A stretch of 64,000 bases of DNA from Blastocatellia bacterium (GTDB lineage: Bacteria > Acidobacteriota > Blastocatellia > Pyrinomonadales > Pyrinomonadaceae), in contig CAVOQJ010000010.1 in the NCBI GenBank assembly GCA_963698325.1, positions 318,245 through 382,244 on the forward strand, in the 5' to 3' direction. The notes under the pieces are model-generated. The model was given only the letters and a program-made list of their open reading frames with translations. It did not search any database and was not told the origin of the DNA. A program made the position numbers and the translations under genes. This document shows positions 31,504 through 41,646 of this stretch, one piece after another. Position 1 is the first letter of the stretch, and each line of letters starts with the position of its first letter.

Positions 31504-31758
31504 CGCACCTCGAGCGTTAAAGCGGCGATGCAGTCGGTCGTGATTACGTCGCGGACTGTGCCCAACTCTCGTCTGCCTCCTCGACTTCATGTCTTCGCCT
31601 TCGCGTTTACCAAATCGAGCAAAAGATACCGGGGCGCGTCGCGGAGGTACTAAGGGCTAAGCTCCCCAGCTTGTCGTCCGAGCCGCCGAAGATTGAGAAG
31701 GCCGATGTTCTGGCGGCTAAGCTTCCTGAATAAAAGCAACGAAGGGTTCACAATAAAC

Positions 31759-32364
31759 ATGACGGAAATACTGGTCGTTTACTACAGCATGTATGGACAT
31801 GTCGAAACTTTGGCAAAGGCTGTTGCCGAGGGTGCCCGCAGCGTTGATGGCAGCAGAGTGGCGATTGAACGCGTGCCTGAAATCATGCCGGAAGAGGTGG
31901 CCCGCCGGGCGGGAGCCAAAGTGGACCAGGAAGCGCCTATCGCCACGGTTGCCGAGCTGCCGAACTACGACGCCATTATCTTTGGCACGCCGACGCGCTT
32001 CGGCAACATGTGTGCACAGATGCGCAACTTCCTGGATCAGACTGGAGGGCTCTGGATGAGCGGTGGCCTGATCGGCAAAGTTGGTAGCGTCTTCACCAGC
32101 ACCGCCAGCCAGCACGGTGGTCAGGAAACAACGATTACGAGTTTTCATACCACTTTGCTGCACCAGGGAATGGTGATCGTCGGAGTGCCTTACTCCGAGC
32201 AGCGACTGCTGAATATGGATGAGATCAGCGGCGGCTCGCCTTACGGTGCTTCGACAATCACGAAGGGCGATGGCTCACGTCAACCGAGTGAAAACGAATT
32301 AGCGATCGCGCGTTTCCAAGGCAAGCATGTGACCGAGATCGCAAAGAAACTCGTTGGGAATTAA
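31759..32364 (+). CDS. wrbA: NAD(P)H:quinone oxidoreductase, flavodoxin-like
   Basis: [62 protein letters not shown]...[12 protein letters not shown]; collinear with E. coli WrbA. Confidence 0.93.
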   Translation: MTEILVVYYSMYGHVETLAKAVAEGARSVDGSRVAIERVPEIMPEEVARRAGAKVDQEAPIATVAELPNYDAIIFGTPTRFGNMCAQMRNFLDQTGGLWMSGGLIGKVGSVFTSTASQHGGQETTITSFHTTLLHQGMVIVGVPYSEQRLLNMDEISGGSPYGASTITKGDGSRQPSENELAIARFQGKHVTEIAKKLVGN

Positions 32365-32380
32365 CGCGGCGGCTAAACAT

Positions 32381-33067
32381 TCAAAGAATGTTCACGGCGC
32401 GGGCGGCAAGCAGGACAATCACCAGCAGCGAAATGAGCGCTTGCATCATCATCAAAATTTTTGCCCAACGCGATAGCACCGGCACATCAGTTGGCGATAA
32501 GGCGGTGCTGGTGTTGAATGCCAGGAAAAGATAATCGACAAAGTTTGGTTCCCACTCGTGCTCGCCCGCGGCAAGCTTAGCTGCCGGGTACATCGTCATT
32601 TGCGGAAACAAAAATGCACCGTCGACGTGCCCGAGCGTCTGAGACCGGGCGTGTGGTCCGCCCGCATCCAAACGCCAGTACCATGATGCAAAAATTATGA
32701 TGTTTGTCCCCCACAGAGCGGCAGCAGAGCGAAGCAATTCGCTGGGATTCACCCTATGCTGAGGCAACGCAGCGATGAGCCGGAAAATTGACGCAATCAT
32801 GGCGAGAGTGACGATGCTGTTGAGGATATAACCGATTGACTGATTGAGGGAATGATTGCCAAGCCTGTGTGCAATCTCTGCCGGAATGAGCAGCAGGAGA
32901 ACGGCGGCGAGCAGGAGCCAGCGCGGACCGCCGACAATCAACGACGTTGGCAGCGCCGCATACAACGCCGCCGCTCCCAGCAGCGCTACAAGTGCGGGCC
33001 ATCGCGGCTCTACTTTCCCTGTCGAGCCCGAATTCACTGCGGGCTTTTCCTGGGCCAGTAAGGCCAT
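32381..33067 (-). CDS. DUF1345-like integral membrane protein
   Basis: Multiple TM helices. C-terminal FVDYLFLAFNTSTALSPTDVPVLSRWAKILMMMQALISLLVIVLLAARAVN fits the DUF1345 pattern as I remember it. Confidence 0.6.
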   Translation of the reverse strand: MALLAQEKPAVNSGSTGKVEPRWPALVALLGAAALYAALPTSLIVGGPRWLLLAAVLLLLIPAEIAHRLGNHSLNQSIGYILNSIVTLAMIASIFRLIAALPQHRVNPSELLRSAAALWGTNIIIFASWYWRLDAGGPHARSQTLGHVDGAFLFPQMTMYPAAKLAAGEHEWEPNFVDYLFLAFNTSTALSPTDVPVLSRWAKILMMMQALISLLVIVLLAARAVNIL

Positions 33068-33245
33068 GTAAGGCGCAATATGAAGACGGCCTGCACCGTG
33101 AGGGGGATCCTGCCTGGAGAATTTGAACGCTGCATATTCAATCCCTCGCTGGCCAATCAAGGTGAAGGAAAAATCAGTGGAGGACCTCCTGCGACCTTGC
33201 GGCCTCCGTTAACCCGCCTATGAACAACCTCTTCTACTGCGCAAC

Positions 33246-33989
33246 TCACATCTGATACTCGAAACGCGCAACATCCGATTCGCCAAGGATTACGGTGTCT
33301 CCCGAATGCAATCGGGCTTCGGTGATGCGCTCAGACTTCGGGTCGTTCACAAAAGTTCCGTTGCGGGAATCCTGATCAACAATTGTGACCTCTTCATTGC
33401 GCACCCCAATCCAGAGATGGCGTTTCGAGATTCGCGGATCCGCCACGACGATTTGTGAAAGGCTGGCTTCGCGGCCGATATATGCACCCTCAGGCTTAAC
33501 GTCAAACTGCTGGCCGGCCAGGGCACCGGAGACAAACTTGATCCAGCCATAGCTGATCGTGACCGTGTTATCTCGGGTGATGGCGACAGTTCGCGAAGGA
33601 TCAAAGTCCGATGGCCCGGAATCAGACACTACAGGCGTCGCCGCTGGAGCCGCTTCAGAAACATCCGCTCTCATTTCTTCTATCGGTGTCGGCGACTTGA
33701 AGACTGGTGGGGGTGTATCGAGTGCGCTCGCTGTCTGCGCGACTGCCGCCGGCGCTTCAGAATAAGGTGCGGCAGCACCCGCCGGGGAGTAACCACTGGG
33801 CAGCGAAGCTCCGGAGGATGCCGCAAGTTGCGCCTTCTTCCGTTTGCGCATAATGAAAAAGATCACCAGGCCGACGACGACTAATACGACGATAAAAAAG
33901 AGAAATGCTATGACCGCAATAATAATAATCCACAGAGAGTAGTCAGAAGCGGTTTCCTGAAGTGCGAGGGCTATAACACTGTGATTCAT
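33246..33989 (-). CDS. Membrane-anchored FHA-domain protein
   Basis: N-terminal TM LWIIIIAVIAFLFFIVVLVVVGLVIFFI. C-terminal FHA: YIGREASLSQIVVADPRISKRHLWI...IVDQDSRNGTFVND...GDTVILG. Confidence 0.85.
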   Translation of the reverse strand: MNHSVIALALQETASDYSLWIIIIAVIAFLFFIVVLVVVGLVIFFIMRKRKKAQLAASSGASLPSGYSPAGAAAPYSEAPAAVAQTASALDTPPPVFKSPTPIEEMRADVSEAAPAATPVVSDSGPSDFDPSRTVAITRDNTVTISYGWIKFVSGALAGQQFDVKPEGAYIGREASLSQIVVADPRISKRHLWIGVRNEEVTIVDQDSRNGTFVNDPKSERITEARLHSGDTVILGESDVARFEYQM

Positions 33990-34367
33990 TTGTTGATGCT
34001 CCTTGGCAAAGAATAACTACCGGTCGTTCAGCAGAGAATATTAGCCGAAAAGCGCGCCGCTGGCTTAATAAATCTCGACCACCTGGTCTGGCCTCGCTTA
34101 TTGAGTCAGAGGGTGCTTCTAGTGGAATTTCAACGGAATGTCAATGCGCGGCCGTTCGGGCTCACCTGGTGGCGCGGCTGGCCCTTCGTTTCGTACTGTA
34201 ACTGAACGACGATCGCTCGTCCGCGTATGCTTTTACCCGGCATTGGACGCGGGCCTCTTTGGCTTCAGCTGAACCGCGCGGTCTGCGGTTACCACTCCTG
34301 CTGGCATGTTGCTTGCTGAATCACAATACACCAATAGGGCATTCTTGACTGAGATTGTTGACTGAGA

Positions 34368-34919
34368 GTGGGAGGAACGAACGTGAGGAAACTAGCTTTA
34401 ATCGGTTTCGCTGTCGTGGCGTTTGTGACCGCTAATGTGGGTTGCAGTACTGCTGATAATGCGAACGCAAATGCCAACGCGAATGCCAACGCGAATGCCA
34501 ACGCCAACACGGCGGTGGCAAGCGAAACCACCAGGCCGGCCCCGGATGATTCTGAAATCACTACTTCGATCGACGCTAACGGAGTGAAAACTGAAACGCG
34601 CGTCTTTCACAATAATCCGCGTGTTGCCAAGGTTGTGGTCACCACGCGTGATGGTAAACGCACTACGACAGTGTACGCTCCTAATGGTGAGTCGAAGGAT
34701 CTGAAAGAGGAAGCCGGAGACGCATTAGTTGCGACCGGCAACGCATTAGCCGATGCGGCAGGTTTTGTTGCTGAGAAGACGGTGGAGCTGGCGGATAAGA
34801 CTAAGGAAGGCGCGAAGAAGGTCGGGGAGAAAACTGCGGAGGGCGCCAAAACAGTAGGCGAAAAAACTGTGGAGGGGGCGAAGAAGACCGGCAAGGCAAT
34901 CAAGAAAGCAATACCTTAA
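34368..34919 (+). CDS. Exported (possibly lipo-) protein with (NA)n tract and repeated KxGEKTxEGAK units
   Basis: LALIGFAVVAFVTANVGCS signal, NANANANANANANAN tract, and repeated EKTVELADKTKEGAKKVGEKTAEGAKTVGEKTVEGAKKTGKA. Confidence 0.7.
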   Translation: MGGTNVRKLALIGFAVVAFVTANVGCSTADNANANANANANANANANTAVASETTRPAPDDSEITTSIDANGVKTETRVFHNNPRVAKVVVTTRDGKRTTTVYAPNGESKDLKEEAGDALVATGNALADAAGFVAEKTVELADKTKEGAKKVGEKTAEGAKTVGEKTVEGAKKTGKAIKKAIP

Positions 34920-35029
34920 TCTTGTGCTGGAATTCAGGCGGGCCAACAAGGGCGGTCATTCAAGGTCGCCCTTTTTGTGCGTTCACACTCGCTTTCGACA
35001 GTCGTCAGTATCCGCTCATCAGAACCGGA

Positions 35030-35565
35030 AGCGGTAGCAACCGGGAGGCGGTAGCAACCGGGAGGCGGTCCAAGAGTCAGGCACAGTGGGTCGACGAAGA
35101 CGGAACCGGGAGCGGTAGCGACCGGATGCTACTTTAGCTATAGACAACCGCTTCAATTGCGCGAAGCTCATGACATCACGCCTTGTAGTCAATCGAGTAT
35201 CCCGGTCGCTACCGCTCCCGGTTCCGTATTCGTCGGCCCACCAGGGCCATGCGGTAGCGACCGGAAGCTACTTTCGCTATAGACAACCGCTTCAATGCGC
35301 GAAGATCGTGACATCAGGCCCTGTTGTCAATCGAGCATCCCGGTCGCTACCGCTCCCGGTTCTGACTTTGTGCGGGTGCCGATGCCTGATGTTGCGCGGG
35401 GGTTTGTAGTTGACGGAGCATCCCGGTCGCTACCGCTCCGGTTCTGACTTTGTGCGGGTGCCGATGCCTGATGTTGCCTGGGGGTTTGTAGTCAATCGAG
35501 TATCCCGGCCGCTACCTCCTGTTCCGCCTGCGTCGGCCCACCAGGGCCATGCGGTCGTGAAGCTT
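35030..35565. repeat. Complex intergenic repeat array (four copies of a ~40-nt core plus duplicated flanking modules)
   Basis: Core GT(A/T)GTCAATCGAG(T/C)ATCCCGGTCGCTACCGCTCCCGGTTC occurs near 35194, 35333, 35416 and 35497. TGACTTTGTGCGGGTGCCGATGCCTGATGTTGC, GTCGGCCCACCAGGGCCATGCGGT and CTACTTT(A)GCTATAGACAACCGCTTCAAT each occur twice. Confidence 0.85.
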
Positions 35566-35634
35566 GTCCGCGAGGGGTGCTATACTGCTCTCAGCACCAA
35601 CATTTCAGCGACAACTCGGTTTCAGGAGCCAACT

Positions 35635-35931
35635 ATGGCAGACACAACGCGATTCACAATTATCTGTCCCTGCTGCGAAGCGACGCTGGCCATCGATTCG
35701 AATACGGGGGCTTTGATTTCTCACGAGGAGAAAACAAGACCGCTGGCCTCCTTTGACGAGATGGTAAAAGGACTGGATAAACAGAAACAGGTGCGCGAAC
35801 AAATTTTTTCTCAGGAGCTGAGCTCCATGAAGGATCGCGACCGCATTCTCGAAGAAAAATTTCAAGAGGCGATGAAGCGAGCGGAAAAAGACAAAGACAA
35901 ACCCTACCGGAATCCGCTGGACCTTGACTGA
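35635..35931 (+). CDS. Small hypothetical protein with CPCC motif and a charged helical tail
   Basis: 98 aa: MADTTRFTIICPCCEATLAIDSNTGALISHEE.... Upstream ORF extensions only translate the repeat array. Confidence 0.55.
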   Translation: MADTTRFTIICPCCEATLAIDSNTGALISHEEKTRPLASFDEMVKGLDKQKQVREQIFSQELSSMKDRDRILEEKFQEAMKRAEKDKDKPYRNPLDLD

Positions 35932-36063
35932 CACGCATTAACTGAAACTAAAACCAGCAGCCCCTTCGTAATAAGCCCTGCAAGCAACAACAACGACCAG
36001 CTTGATCATCTTACGCTGGAATATTAGGAACTTCCCCGCCGGCCAAATAATGTGGAGTGACTT

Positions 36064-37518
36064 ATGAAGCAGCTAAAATTCGGAGCTTTGCTGGGACTTT
36101 TCGCGGCCCTCTTAATCTCGTTTACGTTTACGAGGGAGGCGATAGCCCAGATTACAACACCAAAAATTAACTTTCAGGAGAAGACTCTTCCCAATGGCAT
36201 GCGTGTGCTGAGTGCCGTGGATCATGCCAGTCCGACTGTGGCGATTCAGGTTTGGTATCACGTAGGTTCCAAGGATGATCCTCAGGGCCGCAGTGGGTTT
36301 GCGCATCTTTTCGAACACATCATGTTTAAGGCAACCAGGAACATGAAATCGGAAATGATGGATCGTTTGACGGAGGACGTGGGCGGGTTCAATAACGCGT
36401 TTACCAATCCCGATGTAACTGTCTACTATGAAGTGGTGCCATCCAATTATTTGGAAACGTTGCTGTGGGCCGAGGCCGATCGCCTCTCGGGTCTGACTGT
36501 TGACGAGCCAAATTTTAAGTCTGAACGTAGCGTCGTTCAGGAAGAGTATCGCCAGAGTTATCTTGCGCCGCCCTATGGAATGCTTGAGTATCTGATTGAG
36601 CAACAATCCTTCACGACGCATCCCTACAAAAGACCGACGATCGGCAGTATCGAAGATCTCGACGCGGCGTCGCTGGAAAACGTACGGGCTTTCCATGAAA
36701 CGTTCTATCGTCCTGACAATGCGACGCTTGTTGTGGTCGGCGATTTCGATCCGAAACAGTTGGACACCTGGGTAGCAAAGTATTTGGCGCCCATTCCAAA
36801 GCCAGCGATTTCCCTTCCGCGCGTAAGCATTAAGGAACCGGAACGCACGGCAGAACGACGAATCACGCATTACGCCGCAAACGTGCCCCTGCCGGCAATA
36901 GCACTTACATATCTTACTCCTCCCGAAAAGAGTCCTGACGCCGAGCCGTTGCAGGTAGCCGCGACCATTCTTGCGCAGGGCGAATCGTCTCGACTTTATA
37001 GATCTCTCATCTACGACCAGCAAATTGCGCAAAGCGCCGACGCGACGCCCGATTTACGTGAGGACGCAGGAGTGGTTTCTTTCAACGTGGTGCTCGCAAG
37101 CGGCAAAAAGCCGGAGGACGTCGAAAGCGCTCTGCTGGCGGAAATCAAAAAGATCCAGGATGCCCCTGTCAGTGCGGCCGAGCTCGATAAGGCCAAGAAT
37201 CAGTTGGTCACGAATGAGCTGCGGCAACGCGAAACGAGCAATGGCAAAGCACTGGCGCTTGGCTCCGCCGCGGTGCTGCTGGGAGATCCAAACCGCGTGA
37301 ATACCGATTTGGCTAGACTCCAGGCGGTCACCGCCGCTGACGTACAACGCGTAATGAAGAAGTATTTCACTACCGCCAATCGTCTGGTGATTTACTACTT
37401 GCCTGAAGCGGCGAGAACAAAAACAACCACGAGTGGTTTGTTCGACCACAGTGGCCGGCAACCCGGCACGTCAAATGAGCCAGTGTCGCTGCGGTGGAGA
37501 GGAGGGCAGGGAAGATGA
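36064..37518 (+). CDS. M16 (pitrilysin)-family zinc peptidase, catalytic subunit
   Basis: Signal peptide plus the inverted zinc motif GFAHLFEHIMFKAT (HxxEH). Confidence 0.88.
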   Translation: MKQLKFGALLGLFAALLISFTFTREAIAQITTPKINFQEKTLPNGMRVLSAVDHASPTVAIQVWYHVGSKDDPQGRSGFAHLFEHIMFKATRNMKSEMMDRLTEDVGGFNNAFTNPDVTVYYEVVPSNYLETLLWAEADRLSGLTVDEPNFKSERSVVQEEYRQSYLAPPYGMLEYLIEQQSFTTHPYKRPTIGSIEDLDAASLENVRAFHETFYRPDNATLVVVGDFDPKQLDTWVAKYLAPIPKPAISLPRVSIKEPERTAERRITHYAANVPLPAIALTYLTPPEKSPDAEPLQVAATILAQGESSRLYRSLIYDQQIAQSADATPDLREDAGVVSFNVVLASGKKPEDVESALLAEIKKIQDAPVSAAELDKAKNQLVTNELRQRETSNGKALALGSAAVLLGDPNRVNTDLARLQAVTAADVQRVMKKYFTTANRLVIYYLPEAARTKTTTSGLFDHSGRQPGTSNEPVSLRWRGGQGR

Positions 37519-39027
37519 AAACGTTCAAATTTCCAGTTCGCAACGTTATCGCTTCAGGGTGGCGGTCAGCATTTACGTTAGGGACCTTAGCTTTGTGTTT
37601 GTCGCCTTCGACACCGGTCCGCGCGCAAACACCGCAAGCGACTCCGCCGCCGCCCGCCGCACCGCGTTCAGTTCAGTTTCCGCAGCCCGTTGAGAAGACA
37701 CTGGCGAATGGTCTGCGCGTCATCGTTATTGAGCGAGCGAGCAGTCCACTCGTTACCGCTCAACTGGTTATAAAGAATGGCGGCGAAGTCGATCCGCCCG
37801 AGCTCGCGGGCCTTAGTAACTATGGTCGGGGACCTTACTACCAAAGGAACCGAGAAGCGCAGTGCGACACAGATTGCGGAAGAGATCGAAGCCCTCGGAG
37901 GCTCGCTTTATTCGTCAACGCGTTGGGACTCTACGCGGGTGGGTGTCGATGTGATGTCGTCGAAAATTGGCCCAGCGGTCGATATTCTCGCGGACGTTGT
38001 GCGCCGGCCCACATTCAAAGATGAAGAAATTGAACGGCTACGACAGCAAACGCTCGACGAGCTAACAGTCGAACTCGGCGAGCCCGGCTCAATCGCGCGC
38101 TACGCCGCGGGGCGTATCGTTTTTGGCGACGCGCCCTACGGCCAACCACTCGCGGGCACGCCGGAATCGATAGCACGAATCAGCCGCGCTGATTTTTTGA
38201 AGTATCACGGCAGTTGGTATCGACCGGACAACGCCATACTGGTTTTGGGCGGCGACATTAAGCCTACGAGTGGTTTCGCTATCGCGGATCGGTATTTCGG
38301 TGACTGGAAAAAGCCTGCTGAGCCGCTACCAACATTGCCTGCGCCAAAACCTGTCGTTGCCACCGAGCCGCGTGTGGTAGTCGTCGATAAACCAGATGCC
38401 GGCCAGGCTGCTGTGTTGGTCGCACGAACCGGGATCACTCGAAACGACCCGGATTATTTTCGCGGGCTGGTTGCCAACTCAGTTCTGAGCGGCTACTCAG
38501 GCCGCTTGAATCAGGAGATAAGGATTAAACGCGGACTCAGTTATGGAGCGGGCAGCCAGCTCGACACGCGCCGCAATGTGGGACCTTTTGTTGCTTCGGC
38601 ACAAACGAAGAATCCATCGGCCGTGCAGGTTGCGGAGCTCTTGTTGGGCGAGGTCGGCCGTCTCGCAACCGCCCCGGTCCCGGACATCGAATTGAATCCG
38701 CGAAAGGCAGTTGTTGTCGGCAATTTCGCGCGCAACCTGGAGACAACGGCCGGTCTGGTAGCACAAGTAGCCAGCCTCGCCGTCTATGGTATTAACTTCG
38801 ACGAGATTAACCGCTACATCGGCAACGTGCAGAGCATTACTGCAAGCGATGTACAGCGCTTCGCAGGTTCGCATCTTGATGCGAAGACCACCAGCATTGT
38901 CATTGTGGGAAATGCGAAAGAGTTTCTGCCGGAACTGCGCCAGAAGTACCCGCAGGTTGAAGTGATACCGATGGCGCAACTGGATTTGAATACTGCGCTG
39001 TTAAGGAAGAAACAGTACATAGAGTGA
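37515..39027 (+). pseudogene. M16-family peptidase, non-catalytic partner; apparent frameshift near 37812-37818
   Basis: ATGA overlap with the upstream gene. N-terminal part is in ORF 37494..38024 (LANGLRVIVIERASSPLVTAQLVIKNGGEVDPPELAGL). It continues in ORF 37777..39027 (LVTMVGDLTTKGTEKRSATQIAEEIEALGG...). Confidence 0.75.
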
Positions 39028-39089
39028 TCGATATCACAAGAGGCAGTCGCCCGAGGGCGGAAAAGGTTTCGCGCCGGACGTTTTGGCTT

Positions 39090-39267
39090 TTACGCCGAAG
39101 GCGTTACCTAACTTAGCCCAGGGTAACACCCTGGTGGGAACTGAAAGCGTTAAATAATCTGCGAGCCGCTTTGAGATTATCTAACCCTTTCAGGGTTAAA
39201 AGGCTTGTGCTGCCATCTTTCCCAGGGTGTTACCCTGGGCTAGGTTAGGGGAACGCCTTCGGCGTAA
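39090..39267. repeat. Long structured inverted repeat (~45-nt arms) with GAAG/UUCG-capped sub-hairpins
   Basis: TTACGCCGAAGGCGTTACCTAACTTAGCCCAGGGTAACACCCTGG pairs with CCCAGGGTGTTACCCTGGGCTAGGTTAGGGGAACGCCTTCGGCGTAA. Inner small hairpins are AACCCTTTCAGGGTT and ATAATCT...AGATTAT. Confidence 0.8.
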
Positions 39268-39352
39268 ATCAATCAACTAGTTCTCAACTTTGCTCAATCA
39301 AGAACCCGCTTCCGCTCTCGGCTCGTCGTCGGGTTATACTCCTCACCAGTCC

Positions 39353-41116
39353 ATGCATCCCAACCTCCGCACATTTCTCGATCTGCTAACCCGAGAAAAC
39401 GAAATCACGACGATCGAAGCCGAAGTTGATCCATATCTCGAAGTGGCCGAAATTCACCGTCGCGTTGTCGATCGCGGTGGGCCGGCTTTGCTGTTCAAGC
39501 GAGTGAAGGGCAGCCGCTACCCGGTAGTCACCAATCTTTTCGGAACCAACCGGCGCATCGATCTGGCATTTGGCCCCAAGCCTGAAAAAATTGTTCGAGA
39601 AATGGTCCAGGTTGCGGAATTGCTCCTGCCACCACGGCCTTCGGAATTATGGAAACATCGTTCGCTCGGACGTGAAATGTTGAAGCTGGGAACAAGAAAC
39701 ACCACTCGATCTCCAGTTACGCAAGTGCACGATCAACCGCCGCGGCTTGATGAGTTGCCGGTCCTGACTACCTGGCAGGAAGATGGCGGGCCGTTCATTA
39801 CTCTGCCACTGGTTTATACGGAGAACCCCGTAACCAAAAAGCACAATCTTGGGATCTATCGCATGCAGGTTTACGATGCACAAACAACAGGTTTGCACTG
39901 GCAGATTCAGAAAGGCGGAGGCTTTCACTACGCAGAGGCTGAGCGGCTGGGGCAGTCGCTGCCCGTTACCGTATTTCTCGGTGGCCCACCGGCGTTGATT
40001 CTTGCGGCTATCGCGCCCTTGCCCGAAGACGTTCCTGAGCTGGTACTTGCTTCGTTGCTCGCGGGCGAAAAGTTGAAGATGACGCAGAATCCGCTGGGTG
40101 GCCCACATCGTCTCGCCGCCGAAGCGGAATTTGCGCTGGTTGGTCAGGCGCCGCCGCACAAGCGGAAGCCTGAAGGACCTTTCGGCGATCACTACGGCTA
40201 TTATTCTCTGCAGCACGACTATCCGGTGTTTGAAGTGGACGCCGTGTTTCATCGCCGCGATGCGATCTACCCGGCAACTGTGGTTGGCAAACCGCGCCAG
40301 GAGGACTTCTTCATTGGCGACTATCTGCAGCAGTTGTTATCACCATTGTTTCCTTTGGTGATGCCCGGAGTCCGCGATCTTTGGACCTACGGTGAAACCG
40401 GATTCCATTCCCTTTGCGCGGCGGTGGTTCGGGAACGCTACGCGCGAGAAGCGCTCGTCTCAGGTTTCCGCATCCTTGGTGAAGGCCAGCTTTCATTGAC
40501 GAAGTTCCTGTTACTAACAGACACGCCGCAGGACCTTACGGATTTTCCTCGGCTCCTTGAACACATTCTTGCCCGCCTGAATCCGCAAACCGATCTCTTC
40601 ATTTTTTCAAACGTCTCAATGGACACGCTCGACTACACCAGCGGCAAGGTAAACGAGGGCAGCAAGGCGATCATGGCGGGCCTGGGGGATGCCCGGCTTG
40701 AGTTGCTACGCGAATTTCGGGGCGAGTTGGCTGCTGGTCTAACAGCGGCAGAAGTATTTTGTGGAGGTTGTTTGGTAGTGCAGGGAAGCTCGTATTCAGA
40801 AGATCCTGAGCAGGCTGGGAGGATCGCAAAAGATCCGGCGTTTACCCAGTGGCCACTTGTCGTGTTGCACGACGATGCCAGCGTAGCGCGCTCCAGTAAA
40901 GACTTCCTGTGGTCAACCTGGACGCGGTTCGAGCCCGCCAGCGACATCTACGCCGCCGACACGAAAGTTATCCGCCATCATCTTGCCTACAGCGGACCAA
41001 TCGTCATCGACGCGCGCCTGAAACCCGGCTTTCCCAAAGAGCTGATCGTTCGCGACGATATTGATGAGTTGGTCAACCGCCGTTGGAATGAATACTTTCC
41101 ACACGTGGTGTCCTAA
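39353..41116 (+). CDS. UbiD-family (prenyl-FMN-dependent) decarboxylase, menaquinone/ubiquinone-type
   Basis: LRTFLDLLTRENEITTIEAEVDPYLEVAEIHRRV...GGPALLFKRVKGSRYPVVTNLFG, LGIYRMQV, GGFHY. Confidence 0.85.
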   Translation: MHPNLRTFLDLLTRENEITTIEAEVDPYLEVAEIHRRVVDRGGPALLFKRVKGSRYPVVTNLFGTNRRIDLAFGPKPEKIVREMVQVAELLLPPRPSELWKHRSLGREMLKLGTRNTTRSPVTQVHDQPPRLDELPVLTTWQEDGGPFITLPLVYTENPVTKKHNLGIYRMQVYDAQTTGLHWQIQKGGGFHYAEAERLGQSLPVTVFLGGPPALILAAIAPLPEDVPELVLASLLAGEKLKMTQNPLGGPHRLAAEAEFALVGQAPPHKRKPEGPFGDHYGYYSLQHDYPVFEVDAVFHRRDAIYPATVVGKPRQEDFFIGDYLQQLLSPLFPLVMPGVRDLWTYGETGFHSLCAAVVRERYAREALVSGFRILGEGQLSLTKFLLLTDTPQDLTDFPRLLEHILARLNPQTDLFIFSNVSMDTLDYTSGKVNEGSKAIMAGLGDARLELLREFRGELAAGLTAAEVFCGGCLVVQGSSYSEDPEQAGRIAKDPAFTQWPLVVLHDDASVARSSKDFLWSTWTRFEPASDIYAADTKVIRHHLAYSGPIVIDARLKPGFPKELIVRDDIDELVNRRWNEYFPHVVS

Positions 41117-41238
41117 TTTGAAATTCTCTGTGCCTCCTTTGTGTTCTCGGTGTCTCTGTGGTGAGTGTTTGCTTAACGTCATTCACCACAGAGGCACAGA
41201 GGACACGGAGGTTGCACAGAGAAGATTTGAATTAGGAC
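41112..41238. repeat. Hairpin element, family B (CACAGAG words), full copy
   Basis: CCTAATTTGAAATTCTCTGTGCCTCCTTTGTGTTCTCGGTGTCTCTGTGGTGAGTG pairs with CATTCACCACAGAGGCACAGAGGACACGGAGGTTGCACAGAGAAGATTTGAATTAGG. The ubiD-like stop lies in the left arm. Confidence 0.85.
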
Positions 41239-41447
41239 GCTACCTTTCGCCCGTAGGACTCAGGTATTCATACCTGTCATAGTAAGTGGTTTGCGGTGTT
41301 ACGGCTGTGCCGCCTGATGTGCGGAAGGTCTCCGACCTTCCGACGGGGCGTTAGATGTCTTGGGGCTATGCCTCCATGGCATAAAAAGGGAAGCCCTGAT
41401 CAAGCGGCCCAGTTAGCTTGTCCGTGGGGCTCTCTGAAATCTGAGAC

Positions 41448-41645
41448 CCGAAGGGCCGGAAGTCAATAGCCACGTCCGTTAGGGCGTGGAAGATCAACAT
41501 CTTCTTGATGGAGATCCGCAGGACCGACACTCTCAAGCCTTTACTAAATCGCCAACTCGTGCCGCTCCTTCGGCGCCATCATCTTTCAAGCATTGATCCA
41601 CGCCCTCACGGACGTGGCTTGGAATATCGGACCTTCGGTCCTGCG
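41448..41645. repeat. Structured inverted repeat (~45-nt arms) with UUCG-type hairpins
   Basis: CCGAAGGGCCGGAAGTCAATAGCCACGTCCGTTAGGGCGTGGAAGATCA pairs with TGATCCACGCCCTCACGGACGTGGCTTGGAATATCGGACCTTCGGTCCTGCG. Confidence 0.7.
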
Positions 41646-41646
41646 T

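Noticed and set aside
34458-34505. (AATGCCAACGCG)n tract encoding (NA)n, considered as a phase-variation switch.
   Set aside because: The unit length is a multiple of three, so copy-number change alters only the linker length and does not switch the gene on or off.
35030-35565. Possible CRISPR array.
   Set aside because: Repeat units are unequal in length and spacing, the 'spacers' are themselves duplicated modules, and no cas genes are nearby.
35170-35634. ORFs 35170..35409 and the N-terminal 75 codons of 35410..35931.
   Set aside because: They merely translate the repeat array, giving repeated VNRVSRSLPLPV peptides. A clean start for the downstream gene exists at 35635.
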